Positions 46,921-58,134 of a DNA stretch of 64,000 nucleotides are shown here, in pieces. The notes below the pieces were generated by a model. The model had not been told where the DNA came from. It did not search any database and saw nothing but the letters and a program-made list of their open reading frames with translations. Every line of letters begins with the position of its first letter. The first letter of the stretch is position 1. The stretch covers positions 35,236 through 99,235 of the forward strand of contig CAKPER010000001.1 of the NCBI GenBank assembly GCA_934149245.1, read 5' to 3'. Origin of the DNA: an uncultured Bacilli bacterium. Lineage in GTDB: Bacteria; Bacillota_I; Bacilli_A; RF39; UBA660. The translations under genes and the position numbers were made by a program.

Positions 46921-47233
46921 ACAATTCTCTCCCTTTTATTTTTTTGATACAATAAAAATTTTTGAATTCAAAGACAATTATTAAAAATAATGTCTTAAAA
47001 TTAACAAATATAGATATCAAAAAGTATCTTTCTTGCAATACGGGCTATATCTTACCATAAATTTCTTATTTTGTGAATACTCTTTGTTTATTTTTGCAAA
47101 AATAGCTTTAGTATTCAATGTTTTTTATTACAATTACAATATTATATATTCTTTTTGGTAATATAAAATTTTATATAGTTTATAAAATAAATAATTAGTA
47201 CTTTTATAATAATCATTCATTAAATTACAATTG

Positions 47234-47629
47234 TTAATTATTAAATCTTAGCAAATAGCCATCTGGATCTTGAATTAAAAATTCTTTATCGCACGATATT
47301 TCGTTATCAACTCTATACTCATGGCTTTCTAGCTCTAAAAAGAAGTTTATGTTTTTAGATTTTAGATTTGCATACATTTTATCAATATCTTTAACCGTCA
47401 TACTGATATTTATTCCTCTGCCATATGGATACTCTAATTTACCAACATTCCAATTATTATTGGTCTCTTGAATCATTAGTTGATTATCTTCTAATTGAAG
47501 AAAATAGAACTTATCTTCTTTTCTTGAATATTTTATTTCAAAGCCTAGTTCTAGATAAAACTCTTTGCTTTTTTCTATGTTGGAAACACTTAATTCTGGT
47601 ATTAAACTATTAAATTTCATTATATACAC
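47234..47629 (-). CDS. VOC-family (glyoxalase/bleomycin-resistance-like) protein
   Basis: 131 aa; paired beta-alpha-beta-beta-beta modules (SVSNIEKSKEFYLELGFE...) typical of the VOC fold. Confidence 0.55.
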   Translation of the reverse strand: MYIMKFNSLIPELSVSNIEKSKEFYLELGFEIKYSRKEDKFYFLQLEDNQLMIQETNNNWNVGKLEYPYGRGINISMTVKDIDKMYANLKSKNINFFLELESHEYRVDNEISCDKEFLIQDPDGYLLRFNN

Positions 47630-47689
47630 TCACTTTCAAAATATTATTTATAATAAATAACAATATATGTTTTGTTATTATTTTTCTAG

Positions 47690-48091
47690 TTACATTAATC
47701 CTCTTTTTACTAATTCTGGTATTACAAACTTTTCTAAGATACTTCCAACTTTTATACCTTTATTAAAATAGTCCTTATCAATCCATATAGCTTCTTTTAT
47801 TTCATTTTTACAAGTTATTTTACCTTTTATTTCTGCAATATATGTTTGAATATGAATAGGTTCATCTGAAAAAATAGCTATATCATCAAATCCTCCAATA
47901 AACTCTGCATTTATAAGTTCAACATCTAATTCTTCAAATAATTCTCTTTTTAATGTTTCAAAATCAGTTTCATTGTTTTGTCTTTTTCCTCCAGGAATTA
48001 TACATTCACATCTATTGTTCTTTTTCCTTTGAACTAATATTTTTTTATCTTTAATTATTGCTCCTCCGACTTTGTCTATCATAATTATCAT
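47690..48091 (-). CDS. NUDIX hydrolase
   Basis: 133 aa; Nudix box GGKRQNNETDFETLKRELFEELDV (Gx5Ex7REUxEExGU). Confidence 0.75.
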   Translation of the reverse strand: MIIMIDKVGGAIIKDKKILVQRKKNNRCECIIPGGKRQNNETDFETLKRELFEELDVELINAEFIGGFDDIAIFSDEPIHIQTYIAEIKGKITCKNEIKEAIWIDKDYFNKGIKVGSILEKFVIPELVKRGLM

Positions 48092-48201
48092 TCTCCTTTT
48101 TAGGATTATCGTTCATTATTTTTGTATCAAAAAACCCTACATCATGTACTGAGATAGGGTTACCAATAACTGAACTTAAATAAGTCCAGATAATCACTTA
48201 A

Positions 48202-48278
48202 TGGTGTCTCCGAGGTGATTCGAACACCTGACCGATCGCTTAGAAGGCGATTGCTCTATCCAGCTGAGCTACGGAGAC
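48202..48278 (-). tRNA. tRNA-Arg (anticodon TCT)
   Basis: Reverse complement: GTCTCCGTAGCTCAGCTGGATAGAGCAATCGCCTTCTAAGCGATCGGTCAGGTGTTCGAATCACCTCGGAGACACCA. Cloverleaf with 7-bp acceptor stem, anticodon loop CUUCUAA (UCU), T-loop GTTCGAATC and encoded CCA. Confidence 0.85.
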
Positions 48279-48317
48279 ATTACTCAAGCGGATGTATAAA
48301 TTATACTACTAATTTTT

Positions 48318-49280
48318 TTATTGTTCAAGAGTTTTTGTCAAATTTTTGCAAATTTCTTTATTATTTACCAAAAAGTTAACTTCTTTTACATTATAATTAT
48401 CATTTAGTGACAAACTTATAGTATATATTACCTCTTCTAAAATTTTATTACTAGATTTATTTTCAAGAATAGCATCATTAAAATTTAAATTAAATGTATC
48501 TCCATCTTGTTCATAATTTATTAAAGATGTATTAGCATTTAAATAACTCATTAAATTAGTTTCGTGAATTGGAGAGGCTGATAATTCATCTATTATTATT
48601 TTTACTTTATCTTTATTTTGCTTATTTATATATTTAGTTACGGGAACATAATATTCACTATCATTATAACTACTTACATAGTAGACTGTATAAGAATCTA
48701 TATCTCTTGTTGTAGTAATTTCATAATTTTTATTTATACCATACTTTTTATCTAGTGGCATAGCTAGAGTTTTTTTGCTTTTTGGTAATTCTTTTAAATC
48801 ATTACCTTCTACTTTTATTAAGATGTTGTTAATTCCTTCAACACTTGTTGTGGTATAAACTATAGATTCAATCATTTTTTCTTCATATTTTTCGTTTATA
48901 TCTAATAATTCTTTAGAAAAATTTACTACTAATGTTTGATTATCTAGGGATATTTCTTTTATTTCTGTTCCAGCAGGAATAATTCCTCTAAAACCATTTG
49001 GTACCTCTTCTGCTTTACTACTATCTATTATTAGTGTTTCTATAGCATTTTGGGCTTGCTTTACTGGCTCTTTTTCTTTCCCCGGGATGGTGGTTCTTGC
49101 TATATAGTCATTTGAATCCATTAAATATACTATTGTATTAGAATTACTATATTCATATTCTACTTTATCTGATAAAGTATATTCCAACTCTTGATTACTT
49201 GGCATTAGATATAATAGCAATAAACTAAATAAGGCTAAAGTAGCTACACTTATCTTTCTTATTGACATTCTTTTTAACAT
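48318..49280 (-). CDS. gerM: Germination protein GerM-like (two GerMN domains, lipoprotein-type signal)
   Basis: 320 aa; signal/TM ISVATLALFSLLLLYLM; two ~120-aa repeated segments consistent with tandem GerMN domains; conserved position next to the trmK-sigA-dnaG block. Confidence 0.6.
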   Translation of the reverse strand: MLKRMSIRKISVATLALFSLLLLYLMPSNQELEYTLSDKVEYEYSNSNTIVYLMDSNDYIARTTIPGKEKEPVKQAQNAIETLIIDSSKAEEVPNGFRGIIPAGTEIKEISLDNQTLVVNFSKELLDINEKYEEKMIESIVYTTTSVEGINNILIKVEGNDLKELPKSKKTLAMPLDKKYGINKNYEITTTRDIDSYTVYYVSSYNDSEYYVPVTKYINKQNKDKVKIIIDELSASPIHETNLMSYLNANTSLINYEQDGDTFNLNFNDAILENKSSNKILEEVIYTISLSLNDNYNVKEVNFLVNNKEICKNLTKTLEQ

Positions 49281-49338
49281 ACTATCACCTATTTAATTAT
49301 ATGAATGTTCTATATTGATAGAAGAAAAAAAGAAAAAA

Positions 49339-50022
49339 CTATTTTGTTTTCTCTAAAAGAATTTTCTTATACATTTTTATTTTAAAAAATGTTTTTATTT
49401 TATATGAAATATGACCTTTAGGTATTTTAGGATAAATTAACTCTAATGTTTGTAATTCTTGATTATTTTTTTCATGAAATAATTTTGTTTTATTTTTTAA
49501 AAGTACTGGCCCAAATAATAATTCTTTGTAACTATATCTTTTTTTACCTCTTTTAAATTTTATAATAGTGTATATTTTTTTATTATCACTTACTAATCTT
49601 TCATCTTCAATATAATAATTCATTTTAGTAATTTGTTCTCTTAGAAATGCCAAATCGTTATTGCTTTGAATTATTAGTGTATCTATATGCTTTATTTTTT
49701 CTGAATTAGTTAGTAATATCTTAGTTATGGTATGAGAACCCATTCCAGATATAACAATAGTATCAATATTTTTTGTATCTATATTATCTAGGCCATCTGA
49801 TAATACAGTTTTTATCTTGGAAGTTAGTTTTTCTTTTTTTATGTTTTTTATTGCATTATTTAAAGCATTTTGATTAATATCACTTGCTATTATAGTGATA
49901 TTTTTTTTACTTTGAGTTAAATAGATGTCTAAAAGTCCATGATCACAACCTATATCAACTATGTTAGAACAATCTGGAACAAGTTCAGCTATAGTTTTTA
50001 ATCTTGATGATAGTTTAATCAT
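49339..50022 (-). CDS. trmK: tRNA (adenine22-N1)-methyltransferase TrmK (YqfN)
   Basis: 227 aa; [35 protein letters not shown]-binding start; located downstream of sigA as in Bacillus. Confidence 0.8.
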   Translation of the reverse strand: MIKLSSRLKTIAELVPDCSNIVDIGCDHGLLDIYLTQSKKNITIIASDINQNALNNAIKNIKKEKLTSKIKTVLSDGLDNIDTKNIDTIVISGMGSHTITKILLTNSEKIKHIDTLIIQSNNDLAFLREQITKMNYYIEDERLVSDNKKIYTIIKFKRGKKRYSYKELLFGPVLLKNKTKLFHEKNNQELQTLELIYPKIPKGHISYKIKTFFKIKMYKKILLEKTK

Positions 50023-51112
50023 TCAAAAAGTCCTTTAATTTACGGCTTCTAGATGGATGTCTTAATTTTCTTAAAGCTTTGGCTTCTATTTGTCTTATTC
50101 TTTCTCTAGTTACACCAAACATTTGTCCTACCTCTTCTAATGTCTTACAAGAACCATCATCTAGTCCAAAACGAAGTCGTAAAACTTGTTCTTCTCTTTC
50201 AGTTAAAGTAAGTAATATGTCACTTATTTCATCTTTTAACATTTCGTGAATAGTAAATTCTTCTGGAGACATGCTTCTTTCGTCTTTAACAAAGTCTCCT
50301 AAGTGAGAATCATCTTCTTCACCTATTGGTGTATCTAGTGAAACTGGATCTTGAGCTATTTTTATTATCTCTCTAACTTTTTCTACTGGAATACTCATTT
50401 TCTTAGCAAGTTCTTCATCAGTTGGTTCTCTATTTAGCTCTAGAGTTAATTGTCTTTGAAATCTTGATAATTTATTAATTGTTTCTACCATATGAACAGG
50501 CACTCTTATTGTTCTAGCTTGATCGGCAATAGCTCTAGTAATAGCTTGTCTTATCCACCAAGTAGCGTATGTTGAAAATTTATATCCTTTATTAGCATCA
50601 AATTTTTCAACAGCTTTCATAAGACCAATATTACCTTCTTGAATTAAGTCTAAGAATAACATTCCTCTACCTACATATCTTTTAGCAATACTTACAACTA
50701 GACGTAAATTTGATTCAGCTAAAATATTTTTAGCTTCTTCATCACCAGCAGCTATTCTTTCAGATAATGCTGTTTCCTCTTCTAATGATAATAAACTTAT
50801 TCTACCAATTTCTTTTAAATACATTCTTACTGGATCATTTATAGAAATTTCTTTAGCAATAGTATTATCTTTTAGGATATCATCTATATCACCACCACTA
50901 GCCTCATCAGTACCACCTACTTCTGATTCGTCGGTAACTATTTCGATATTATTCTCCATTAAACTGTTATATAATTCATCTAGTGAGTCAGAATCTACTT
51001 CTAAACCTTTTAATCCATTAGCTAATTCTTCGTATGTAATAAATCCTTTTTCTTTACCTTTTTTTATTAATTCTTCTTTTCTGGCTTTAAAAGTCTTTAT
51101 TTCTTCAATCAT
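50015..51112 (-). CDS. sigA: RNA polymerase primary sigma factor (sigma-70, RpoD/SigA)
   Basis: 365 aa; region 2.4 [24 protein letters not shown]; region 4.2 [29 protein letters not shown]. Confidence 0.95.
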   Translation of the reverse strand: MIEEIKTFKARKEELIKKGKEKGFITYEELANGLKGLEVDSDSLDELYNSLMENNIEIVTDESEVGGTDEASGGDIDDILKDNTIAKEISINDPVRMYLKEIGRISLLSLEEETALSERIAAGDEEAKNILAESNLRLVVSIAKRYVGRGMLFLDLIQEGNIGLMKAVEKFDANKGYKFSTYATWWIRQAITRAIADQARTIRVPVHMVETINKLSRFQRQLTLELNREPTDEELAKKMSIPVEKVREIIKIAQDPVSLDTPIGEEDDSHLGDFVKDERSMSPEEFTIHEMLKDEISDILLTLTEREEQVLRLRFGLDDGSCKTLEEVGQMFGVTRERIRQIEAKALRKLRHPSRSRKLKDFLND

Positions 51113-52835
51113 TATTATTCACTCCTCTTATATTCATTATCTCATTTAAGATCTTAGCTTGTTTCATTGGATCAGTTTCTGTTGTAAGCTCAAGCTTTAA
51201 TTTTTCTATTCTTTTTACCCGGTAATATTCACCTATACATTTTATATAATCATCTATTTCTTCTTTAGTATACTCTTTTTTTAGATTCATATTTATGATT
51301 TCATTAAAATCTTCATAGACATCTGTTTTAGTGGTTAAGTAACTTATGAAGTCTGCGATAATTATTACTCCATATTTTCTATAATAATATATTATTTCAT
51401 TAAAAAGTCTTCTTTTATGTGGGTTGTCGATTATTATAGGCTTATCTTCTACATAGTTTATTATTTCGGGACATACAGTCATATAGTATAACAAATTATT
51501 TGTAGCTTGTCTATACTTATTTGGGGGATTTTGTGGCTTATTATTAACTAATTCGGCATATTCTGGCTTAGGTGGAATTTTAGTTTTATATTGTTTATAT
51601 CGCTCCAGTAAGTTGTCATAAGCTATATTAAATTTTTGTTCTAATTTTTTTAGAGTTAACTCTACTAAGAAACTATCTTTTTCTTTAGATAATTCTTTTA
51701 TTATTTGATCCAAATAAATACTTACTTCTTTAGTGTTATTTAAGTTTTTGTCTTCTTTTAAATATTGCATTTTAAATTCTATAACACTTAAGGGGTTAGC
51801 GATTTTTTTTCTAAATTCATCTTCGCCTCTTTTTATAATAAATTCATCTGGATCTTTTTCTTCTAGACGCACTATTTTAATGTTTAAATTTTCTTTTTCT
51901 AATAATTCTAAGGCTTTGATGGTAGCTTCTTCTCCTGCTTTATCACCATCAAAACACAATATTAGATTGTTGGTTATTTTTTTTAATATTTGAATGTGTT
52001 GTTTTGTTAAGGCTGTTCCCATAGGGGCTACACAATTATTTATTCCTATAGTACTTGCTCTTATAACGTCAAAATATCCTTCCATAATGATTATACTATC
52101 GTTTTTTCCAAGTTTATTATGAGCTCTGTGATAATTATATAGAATACTTTTTTTATCAAAAATTTTAGTAGCCTTAGTATTTATATATTTACTTGAATCA
52201 TTTGTTTGATATATTCTGCCACCAAAACCTATATTATTTCCTCTCAAATCATGAATAGGAATCATAATACGATTATTGAATACATCTTGATTATTATCAT
52301 TAGTAAGGCCTAATTCTACTAATTCATGAGCGTCATATTTATTTAATAAGAATGGTGTTAATGGCTGTCTAGATGTAGATAGACCTATTTCAAATTTTTT
52401 GATTGTTTCCCTATTTATTTTTCTTTTTTCTAAATAAGATATAGCATTGTTTCCTAAAGCACTATTTAAGTTGTTCTGATAAAATTTACTTGCCAAAGAC
52501 ATTATTTCATAATCTTTTTGATTTAAGTTATTTTTAGGTAAGCCTCTAATCTCAAAGCCATCTTCTTTAGCTAACTTATTAATAGCCTCACCATAACTTA
52601 TATTTTCAATATCTGCTATAAAATTAAAAACATTACCTGCTTTATGACACGCAAAGCATTGAAACATATCTAATCTAGTTGACACGCTCATAGAAGCATT
52701 ATTATCAGCATGAAAAGGACACAATCCCCAATAATCATTTCCTTTTTTAGTTAAACTTACATATCTTTCAACAATTTCTTTAATGGGATGTTTTCTTCTA
52801 ATTTCATTTATAGTTGCCTCATCTATATAAGCCAT
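51105..52835 (-). CDS. dnaG: DNA primase DnaG
   Basis: 576 aa; CHC2 zinc finger ([13 protein letters not shown]...CFACH); TOPRIM domain ([21 protein letters not shown]); overlaps the sigA start. Confidence 0.9.
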   Translation of the reverse strand: MAYIDEATINEIRRKHPIKEIVERYVSLTKKGNDYWGLCPFHADNNASMSVSTRLDMFQCFACHKAGNVFNFIADIENISYGEAINKLAKEDGFEIRGLPKNNLNQKDYEIMSLASKFYQNNLNSALGNNAISYLEKRKINRETIKKFEIGLSTSRQPLTPFLLNKYDAHELVELGLTNDNNQDVFNNRIMIPIHDLRGNNIGFGGRIYQTNDSSKYINTKATKIFDKKSILYNYHRAHNKLGKNDSIIIMEGYFDVIRASTIGINNCVAPMGTALTKQHIQILKKITNNLILCFDGDKAGEEATIKALELLEKENLNIKIVRLEEKDPDEFIIKRGEDEFRKKIANPLSVIEFKMQYLKEDKNLNNTKEVSIYLDQIIKELSKEKDSFLVELTLKKLEQKFNIAYDNLLERYKQYKTKIPPKPEYAELVNNKPQNPPNKYRQATNNLLYYMTVCPEIINYVEDKPIIIDNPHKRRLFNEIIYYYRKYGVIIIADFISYLTTKTDVYEDFNEIINMNLKKEYTKEEIDDYIKCIGEYYRVKRIEKLKLELTTETDPMKQAKILNEIMNIRGVNNND

Positions 52836-52904
52836 TATTTTACCACCCTCTATATATTAATATTCTACTTAAATTTCTTATTTCCTTTTTTTTAGACTAA
52901 ATTT

Positions 52905-53930
52905 TTATTTTATAAACATTGAATCTCCAAAAGAAAAGAAACGATATTGCTTACTAACTGCCTCTTTATAGGCGTTTAAGATTATTTTTTTACTACTAAA
53001 AGCACTTACTAGCATAATTAAAGTAGATTTAGGTAAATGAAAATTTGTAATTAAACCATCGATAGCTTTAAATTTATAGCCTGGATATATGAAGATGTTA
53101 GTCCAACCACTACAAGAGGTAAATTCGTTATACTTAGTCATAATTGTCTCTAGGGTTCTTGTTGTCGTTGTTCCAACTGCTATTATTCTCTTGCCTTCCT
53201 TTTTTGCTGTATTTAAAGTATCTGCAACTTCTTTAGTCATACTATAATACTCTGAATGCATTTTGTGCTTAGTTACATCTTCTACTGCAACTGGCCTAAA
53301 TGTTCCTAAACCAACATGAAGTGTTATGTAACATACTTTGATATTTTTCTTTTTAATTTTTTCTAATAATTCTTTAGTAAAATGCAAACCAGCAGTAGGT
53401 GCAGCTGCACTTCCTAAATTTTTGGCGTATACAGTTTGATAACGATCTTTATCTTCTAGTTTTTCTCTTATATATGGAGGTAATGGCATAGTGCCTAATT
53501 TATCTAAAATCTCATAAAAAATGCCTTCATAAATAAATTCTACATGTCTGATACCATCTTCTCCTATTTTAGTACATTTTGCTTTTAATAAGCCATTTCC
53601 AAAAGTTATAATTGTTCCTAATTTTACTCTTTTTGCTGGTTTTACTAAACATTCCCAAATATCACCAGATTCTTTTTTTAATAATAAAACTTCTATATGA
53701 GCTTTTGTTTCCTCTTTTTCTCCTATTAATCTTGCTGGTAAAACTTTGGTGTCATTTAAGACTAAAACATCATTATCATCTAAATAATCAATAATATCTT
53801 TAAAATGTTTGTGTTCTATTTCGCCTGTTTTTCTATCTAAGACTAGCATCCTAGAACTATCCCTTTTTTCTAAAGGGTGTTGAGCTATTAGCTCTTCTGG
53901 TAAATAAAAGTCAAAATCATCTGTCTTCAC
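52905..53930 (-). CDS. queA: S-adenosylmethionine:tRNA ribosyltransferase-isomerase QueA
   Basis: 341 aa; [32 protein letters not shown]-terminus and [10 protein letters not shown] motif. Confidence 0.9.
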   Translation of the reverse strand: MKTDDFDFYLPEELIAQHPLEKRDSSRMLVLDRKTGEIEHKHFKDIIDYLDDNDVLVLNDTKVLPARLIGEKEETKAHIEVLLLKKESGDIWECLVKPAKRVKLGTIITFGNGLLKAKCTKIGEDGIRHVEFIYEGIFYEILDKLGTMPLPPYIREKLEDKDRYQTVYAKNLGSAAAPTAGLHFTKELLEKIKKKNIKVCYITLHVGLGTFRPVAVEDVTKHKMHSEYYSMTKEVADTLNTAKKEGKRIIAVGTTTTRTLETIMTKYNEFTSCSGWTNIFIYPGYKFKAIDGLITNFHLPKSTLIMLVSAFSSKKIILNAYKEAVSKQYRFFSFGDSMFIK

Positions 53931-54033
53931 TATAAATCACTCCTACATAACAACTAGATTATTATAACACAAAAAGTCGACTTTTTTTCTGAATATTTAT
54001 AAATTACTTTATTTTTTTGTCTTAGTGCTAGTC

Positions 54034-54306
54034 TTAGTTATATAACCTAAAGATTAGAAAAAGCCATAATATACAAAAAAGATAAATTAATTTAAATTTT
54101 ATTTTTCTTGTTTTGTGATGAAAAAGATACATTGATGTTAAAAATCCATAACAACCACCCATTATACTCACTAAGAGAAGTGTATTCTCAGGAATTCTTC
54201 TTTTATGAAAAATAGCTAATTTTTTATCTGTGTAACATAAAATAAATGCTACTACATTAATTACTATTAAATAACTCATAAAATACATTAGGTATTGGAG
54301 AGGCAA
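54034..54306 (-). CDS. DUF1294-family small membrane protein
   Basis: 90 aa; DKKLAIFHKRRIPENTLLLVSIMGGCYGFLTSMYLFHHKTRKIKF matches the DUF1294 pattern. The annotated start overlaps rluA by 50 nt, so the true start is probably an internal Met. Confidence 0.5.
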   Translation of the reverse strand: MPLQYLMYFMSYLIVINVVAFILCYTDKKLAIFHKRRIPENTLLLVSIMGGCYGFLTSMYLFHHKTRKIKFKLIYLFCILWLFLIFRLYN

Positions 54307-55102
54307 AAGTTATTTTTTTATTAGTTAACGGATCTATTAAGGAAATCTCATAATGATGTAGCATTAGACGATGATAAGGATTTGTTGTTGATTTATATTT
54401 TTTATCTCCTACTATTGGATGGTTCATCTCACTCATATGAACTCTTATTTGATTTTTTCTTCCAGTCTTAATATCAACATCAAGTAAAGTATAATCTTTT
54501 GTCTCTTTTATTGGTTTATAGTATGTTATAGCTCTTTTACCACTAAACTTAGTACTATGACTAAATGTCATCTTATCTTCATATAAATAGTTATCGATAT
54601 GTCCCGGTTTAGTTACCTTTCCCTCTACTACGGCTATATATTTTCTTTCTTTTACGATATTATTCCAATTAGATTGTAATTTTTCTTTTAATTTTTGATT
54701 CTTAGCAAATATTACTATTCCAGATGTTTCTTTATCTATTCTATTTACTATAAAAGCATATTCATGTTTAGCATTTAGATATTTTCTTACTTGTTTATAT
54801 AATGTATCTTCAACTTCTCTTTTTTCTTTAGAAGTACTAATTGTTAATAAGCCTGACTTTTTATTTACAACTAAATAATTCTTATCTTCATAAATTATAT
54901 CAATATCAGTACTTATTTGTTCATTTATAGTTACTGTGTCACCAAGATTTAGAAACTGTGGAAGTTTAGTTACCACAGTATCATTTATTTTGATAGTTCT
55001 ATATTTTATTAGAGATTTTATTTTACTTTTAGAAATTCCTTGATTATTTAAAAAATTTATTAAATCATCATCTTTTTTTATTATATATTTACATTTTTTC
55101 AT
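54257..55102 (-). CDS. RluA-family pseudouridine synthase
   Basis: 281 aa; S4-like N-terminus; catalytic-Asp motif VNRIDKETSGIVIFAK (HRLDxxTSG consensus). Confidence 0.8.
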   Translation of the reverse strand: MKKCKYIIKKDDDLINFLNNQGISKSKIKSLIKYRTIKINDTVVTKLPQFLNLGDTVTINEQISTDIDIIYEDKNYLVVNKKSGLLTISTSKEKREVEDTLYKQVRKYLNAKHEYAFIVNRIDKETSGIVIFAKNQKLKEKLQSNWNNIVKERKYIAVVEGKVTKPGHIDNYLYEDKMTFSHSTKFSGKRAITYYKPIKETKDYTLLDVDIKTGRKNQIRVHMSEMNHPIVGDKKYKSTTNPYHRLMLHHYEISLIDPLTNKKITFASPIPNVFYELFNSN

Positions 55103-55115
55103 ATTATCACTTTCT

Positions 55116-56918
55116 TTATTGTTGTCTTACATACCATACTCTTGTTATATCAACATTTTGACTTAGTGGAGATGGATTAGGTTGATCGACTATTACAACA
55201 GATGGCATTTTGAAAGCGCTTCCATAAGTAATACACATACCAGGATGAAAAGTATTTAGGTTACTTAGTAAGTTTTTACTTACCGATGGTAAGAGTGCTT
55301 TTACAAAAACTACATCTTTCGGATGAAACATTTTAAAAATTAAAAAGTTAGTACATTGGCTGATAGCAGTTTCACTAAGTTCTGATGGTCTTTGGGTTAT
55401 TAAACCTAATAAAATCCCATATTTTCTTCCCTCTTTAGCTATTCTTTCAAAGATATTATAACCAAATAATTTTACATCTATATCTTCTTGAACATATCTA
55501 TGTGCTTCTTCTAAAAGTACATGAAAAGCTAAGGAACCTCTATTTTTTAATTTTGATGCATAATCAAATAATAATTTAGAATATATTTTTACTAAATTTT
55601 TAGCAAATCTATCATCAACATAGTTAATATTAAAATTAATTATTTGAGCTTTTCGTCCACTTGTTGCTGTTAATAAATCTTTAATATAGCCTTCTCTAGT
55701 AACATAATTAGGATAATCAAAATACTTTGAATAGTCACTATTTATTAGAGTATTTAATCTTATCTTTAGTGCATTAGCATAATCAAATACTTTTTCACTT
55801 GTAAGTACGCCTTCACTGATAAGGGCAAATTCTAGAGCAAGAGCAAATTCTTTTAAACCATATGCAAAGTTACCATTTGGCATAGTTAGTTGAAATTCAT
55901 TTTGCGTAAATCCTTCTAAATAATTTATTACGAGTTCGATATCAGCAAATTTTCCTGATTGTTCAACATATAAGCATTGTCTGATTGTTCTACTCCAGCC
56001 TCCTTTGGTAAGTGATACTTCTAAGTTTATTTCTTCTGTTTTAAATTTAGTTAAAACACTGGTTAATTTATTTCTAATTTCGCTAGGACTTTTTCCTGAG
56101 AATATTATATCTAATAAACTTCTTGCTATAATATCATTTTTTTGGTCTTTAACATTTTCCTCATTTTGGGTAAAATAGCCAACTAGTTTTAAAGCTTTTT
56201 CAATTATAGGAATTTGATTTTCGTTATCAGCATTTAGTAAAAGAGCTATATCATCAGTACCTAAAAGCCAAAATGGTAATGCCAAATGTCTATATTCAGT
56301 ACTTGTTAAATCAGTAGTAATTACTTTATAATTAAGATTAGGGTTGTTTTTACCAATATCATTAAATGCTGGCTGGTATTCTCCATAAGCATCAAATAAG
56401 AAAATATTCGTTCTAAAAGGAATTGAATTTTTTGCTTCATAAAATATTTTTTGGATAATATTTGATGTTGAATAACTTTTTCCTGAGCCTGAATTTCCTA
56501 AAATAGCAAAGTGATTTGAAAAAAATGAATTTACATCTAAGGAAATTCGATAATCTCTATAGATAGAAGAGACTCCCATACTGACAGAATTAGTAGAAGC
56601 ATCGTTTTGATAAATAATGTCTAACTCTTCTTTGGTAATGAAACGACAAGCGTCTTTGAAGGCTGGCTTTTCGATGCTACCATATGAAAATTTTTGATTT
56701 TTTATCTCACCAATTAAATTTATATCTAAATTTGTACTGTCACCAGATTCTATTTCTCCTACTATTTTAATAGATGTTCCATCAAATATAACATTTTTAC
56801 CAATTATACTTTCTAAATCATAAACATTAGTTTCTAATTTTATTTTAACCGTATCCCCTATTATACTAATAATTTTACCTAACATATTATCACCATTATC
56901 ATTATACAAAAAAAACAC
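55116..56918 (-). CDS. HerA-like (DUF87/FtsK-HerA superfamily) P-loop ATPase with N-terminal HAS-barrel; no partner nuclease nearby
   Basis: 600 aa; N-terminal beta-barrel segment (LGKIISIIGDTVKIKL...IGKNVIFDGTSIKIVGEI); Walker A FAILGNSGSGKS; Walker B LLEEAHRY. Confidence 0.55.
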   Translation of the reverse strand: MFFLYNDNGDNMLGKIISIIGDTVKIKLETNVYDLESIIGKNVIFDGTSIKIVGEIESGDSTNLDINLIGEIKNQKFSYGSIEKPAFKDACRFITKEELDIIYQNDASTNSVSMGVSSIYRDYRISLDVNSFFSNHFAILGNSGSGKSYSTSNIIQKIFYEAKNSIPFRTNIFLFDAYGEYQPAFNDIGKNNPNLNYKVITTDLTSTEYRHLALPFWLLGTDDIALLLNADNENQIPIIEKALKLVGYFTQNEENVKDQKNDIIARSLLDIIFSGKSPSEIRNKLTSVLTKFKTEEINLEVSLTKGGWSRTIRQCLYVEQSGKFADIELVINYLEGFTQNEFQLTMPNGNFAYGLKEFALALEFALISEGVLTSEKVFDYANALKIRLNTLINSDYSKYFDYPNYVTREGYIKDLLTATSGRKAQIINFNINYVDDRFAKNLVKIYSKLLFDYASKLKNRGSLAFHVLLEEAHRYVQEDIDVKLFGYNIFERIAKEGRKYGILLGLITQRPSELSETAISQCTNFLIFKMFHPKDVVFVKALLPSVSKNLLSNLNTFHPGMCITYGSAFKMPSVVIVDQPNPSPLSQNVDITRVWYVRQQ

Positions 56919-56948
56919 CTAAATTGCTAGATGTTTTGTTATTCTTAA

Positions 56949-57872
56949 TTATTTTTTTCTTGCTAATACTTTTGGAGAATCTTTTTCTAACATATATTTT
57001 TCCAATTCTTCCTTATACGGCATACCTGCTTGAGCAGTTTTCTTTTGAATTTTTAAAGCTGATGCATACATAGCTCTTTTTAGAGCCTGTTTTAGGGTAT
57101 CGCCTTGAGATAGTGCACTAGCTAAATTGCCATTTAATGTGTCTCCAGCACCAACTGTATCTACTACTTCTTCAACACAAACACTTGGAATTTTGATAAT
57201 TTCAAAGCCATCATAATATACTAGACCATCAGCACCTAAGGTTACTATCAATTTGTTAGGATATTTTTTGACACAACTAATAATATCATTAGTGTTAAAT
57301 AGCTTTTGAGATTCATCTTTATTACAAGTAATGATACTTACTTTATCTAACAGCTCTAATTTGTTTTGTAATTTTTGTGGTCTACATGGAGTTAAAATCA
57401 AAAATTTATTATTTTGATAACAGAAATCTATCAATTCTTCAGTTACCTCTATTGGACACTTTAATTGACAACAAATAATCTTTGAATTTAAAATAGTATC
57501 TTGATGATTTTTTATTAAAGATATATCAAAACTATCTATTGCGTTGCCAAATCGCTCAATTTCGTTATCTTTATCGCTGTTATTTATGTAGATATTAGCA
57601 TAATCATTTTCTAAATTTTTTACTAATTCTACACTAGAAGTATCAACATTATTATATACAAAGTTATTTAGAATATTTCTTCCTACTTCATCGTTTCCTA
57701 TTTTAGTAATGATAGTTGTTTTAGCACCTGCTCTTGATGAGGCTACAGCTTGATTAGAGCCCTTTCCTCCTGGAACCATCATATCTGGTACTTTAGGATA
57801 ATTTTTATCTTTATCTTGATAAAACATATAATCTACAGAACATCCGCCAAATACACATACATCATATTTCAT
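56949..57872 (-). CDS. PfkB-family carbohydrate kinase (ribokinase-like)
   Basis: 307 aa; GG motif VPGGKGSNQAV; anion-hole/ATP motif DTVGAGDTLNG. Confidence 0.75.
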   Translation of the reverse strand: MKYDVCVFGGCSVDYMFYQDKDKNYPKVPDMMVPGGKGSNQAVASSRAGAKTTIITKIGNDEVGRNILNNFVYNNVDTSSVELVKNLENDYANIYINNSDKDNEIERFGNAIDSFDISLIKNHQDTILNSKIICCQLKCPIEVTEELIDFCYQNNKFLILTPCRPQKLQNKLELLDKVSIITCNKDESQKLFNTNDIISCVKKYPNKLIVTLGADGLVYYDGFEIIKIPSVCVEEVVDTVGAGDTLNGNLASALSQGDTLKQALKRAMYASALKIQKKTAQAGMPYKEELEKYMLEKDSPKVLARKK

Positions 57873-58067
57873 AACGTCTCCCCCTTATCTGTAATTTTAT
57901 CACTTTTTCTTTTTTTTGTAAACACCTTTAGTAAATTTTTAGTTAATTTTTGTGTTTTCAGTTTCTTTTAAAAAAGATATTTTCAAGTGTCAAAGATATA
58001 ATTTAAACATTTTTTAATTAATATTTTTATAGTGACATACAAAATTTGAATAACCACATAATAATTT

Positions 58068-58134
58068 GCAAAAAAATAGTAAGGATAATTATTAATCACT
58101 TACTATCTTTATATTTGCTTTTTAATATTAATTA
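58068..58134 (-). terminator. Probable terminator of the infC-rpmI-rplT operon
   Basis: On the minus strand, directly after the rplT stop: stem AGTAAG / CTTACT with a 15-nt loop, followed by ATTTTTTT. The stem is weak; the U-run is strong. Confidence 0.35.

Noticed and set aside
54034-54306. 50-nt overlap between DUF1294 ORF and rluA
   Set aside because: It is probably an over-called start. An internal Met gives a non-overlapping gene, so this is not a programmed overlap.
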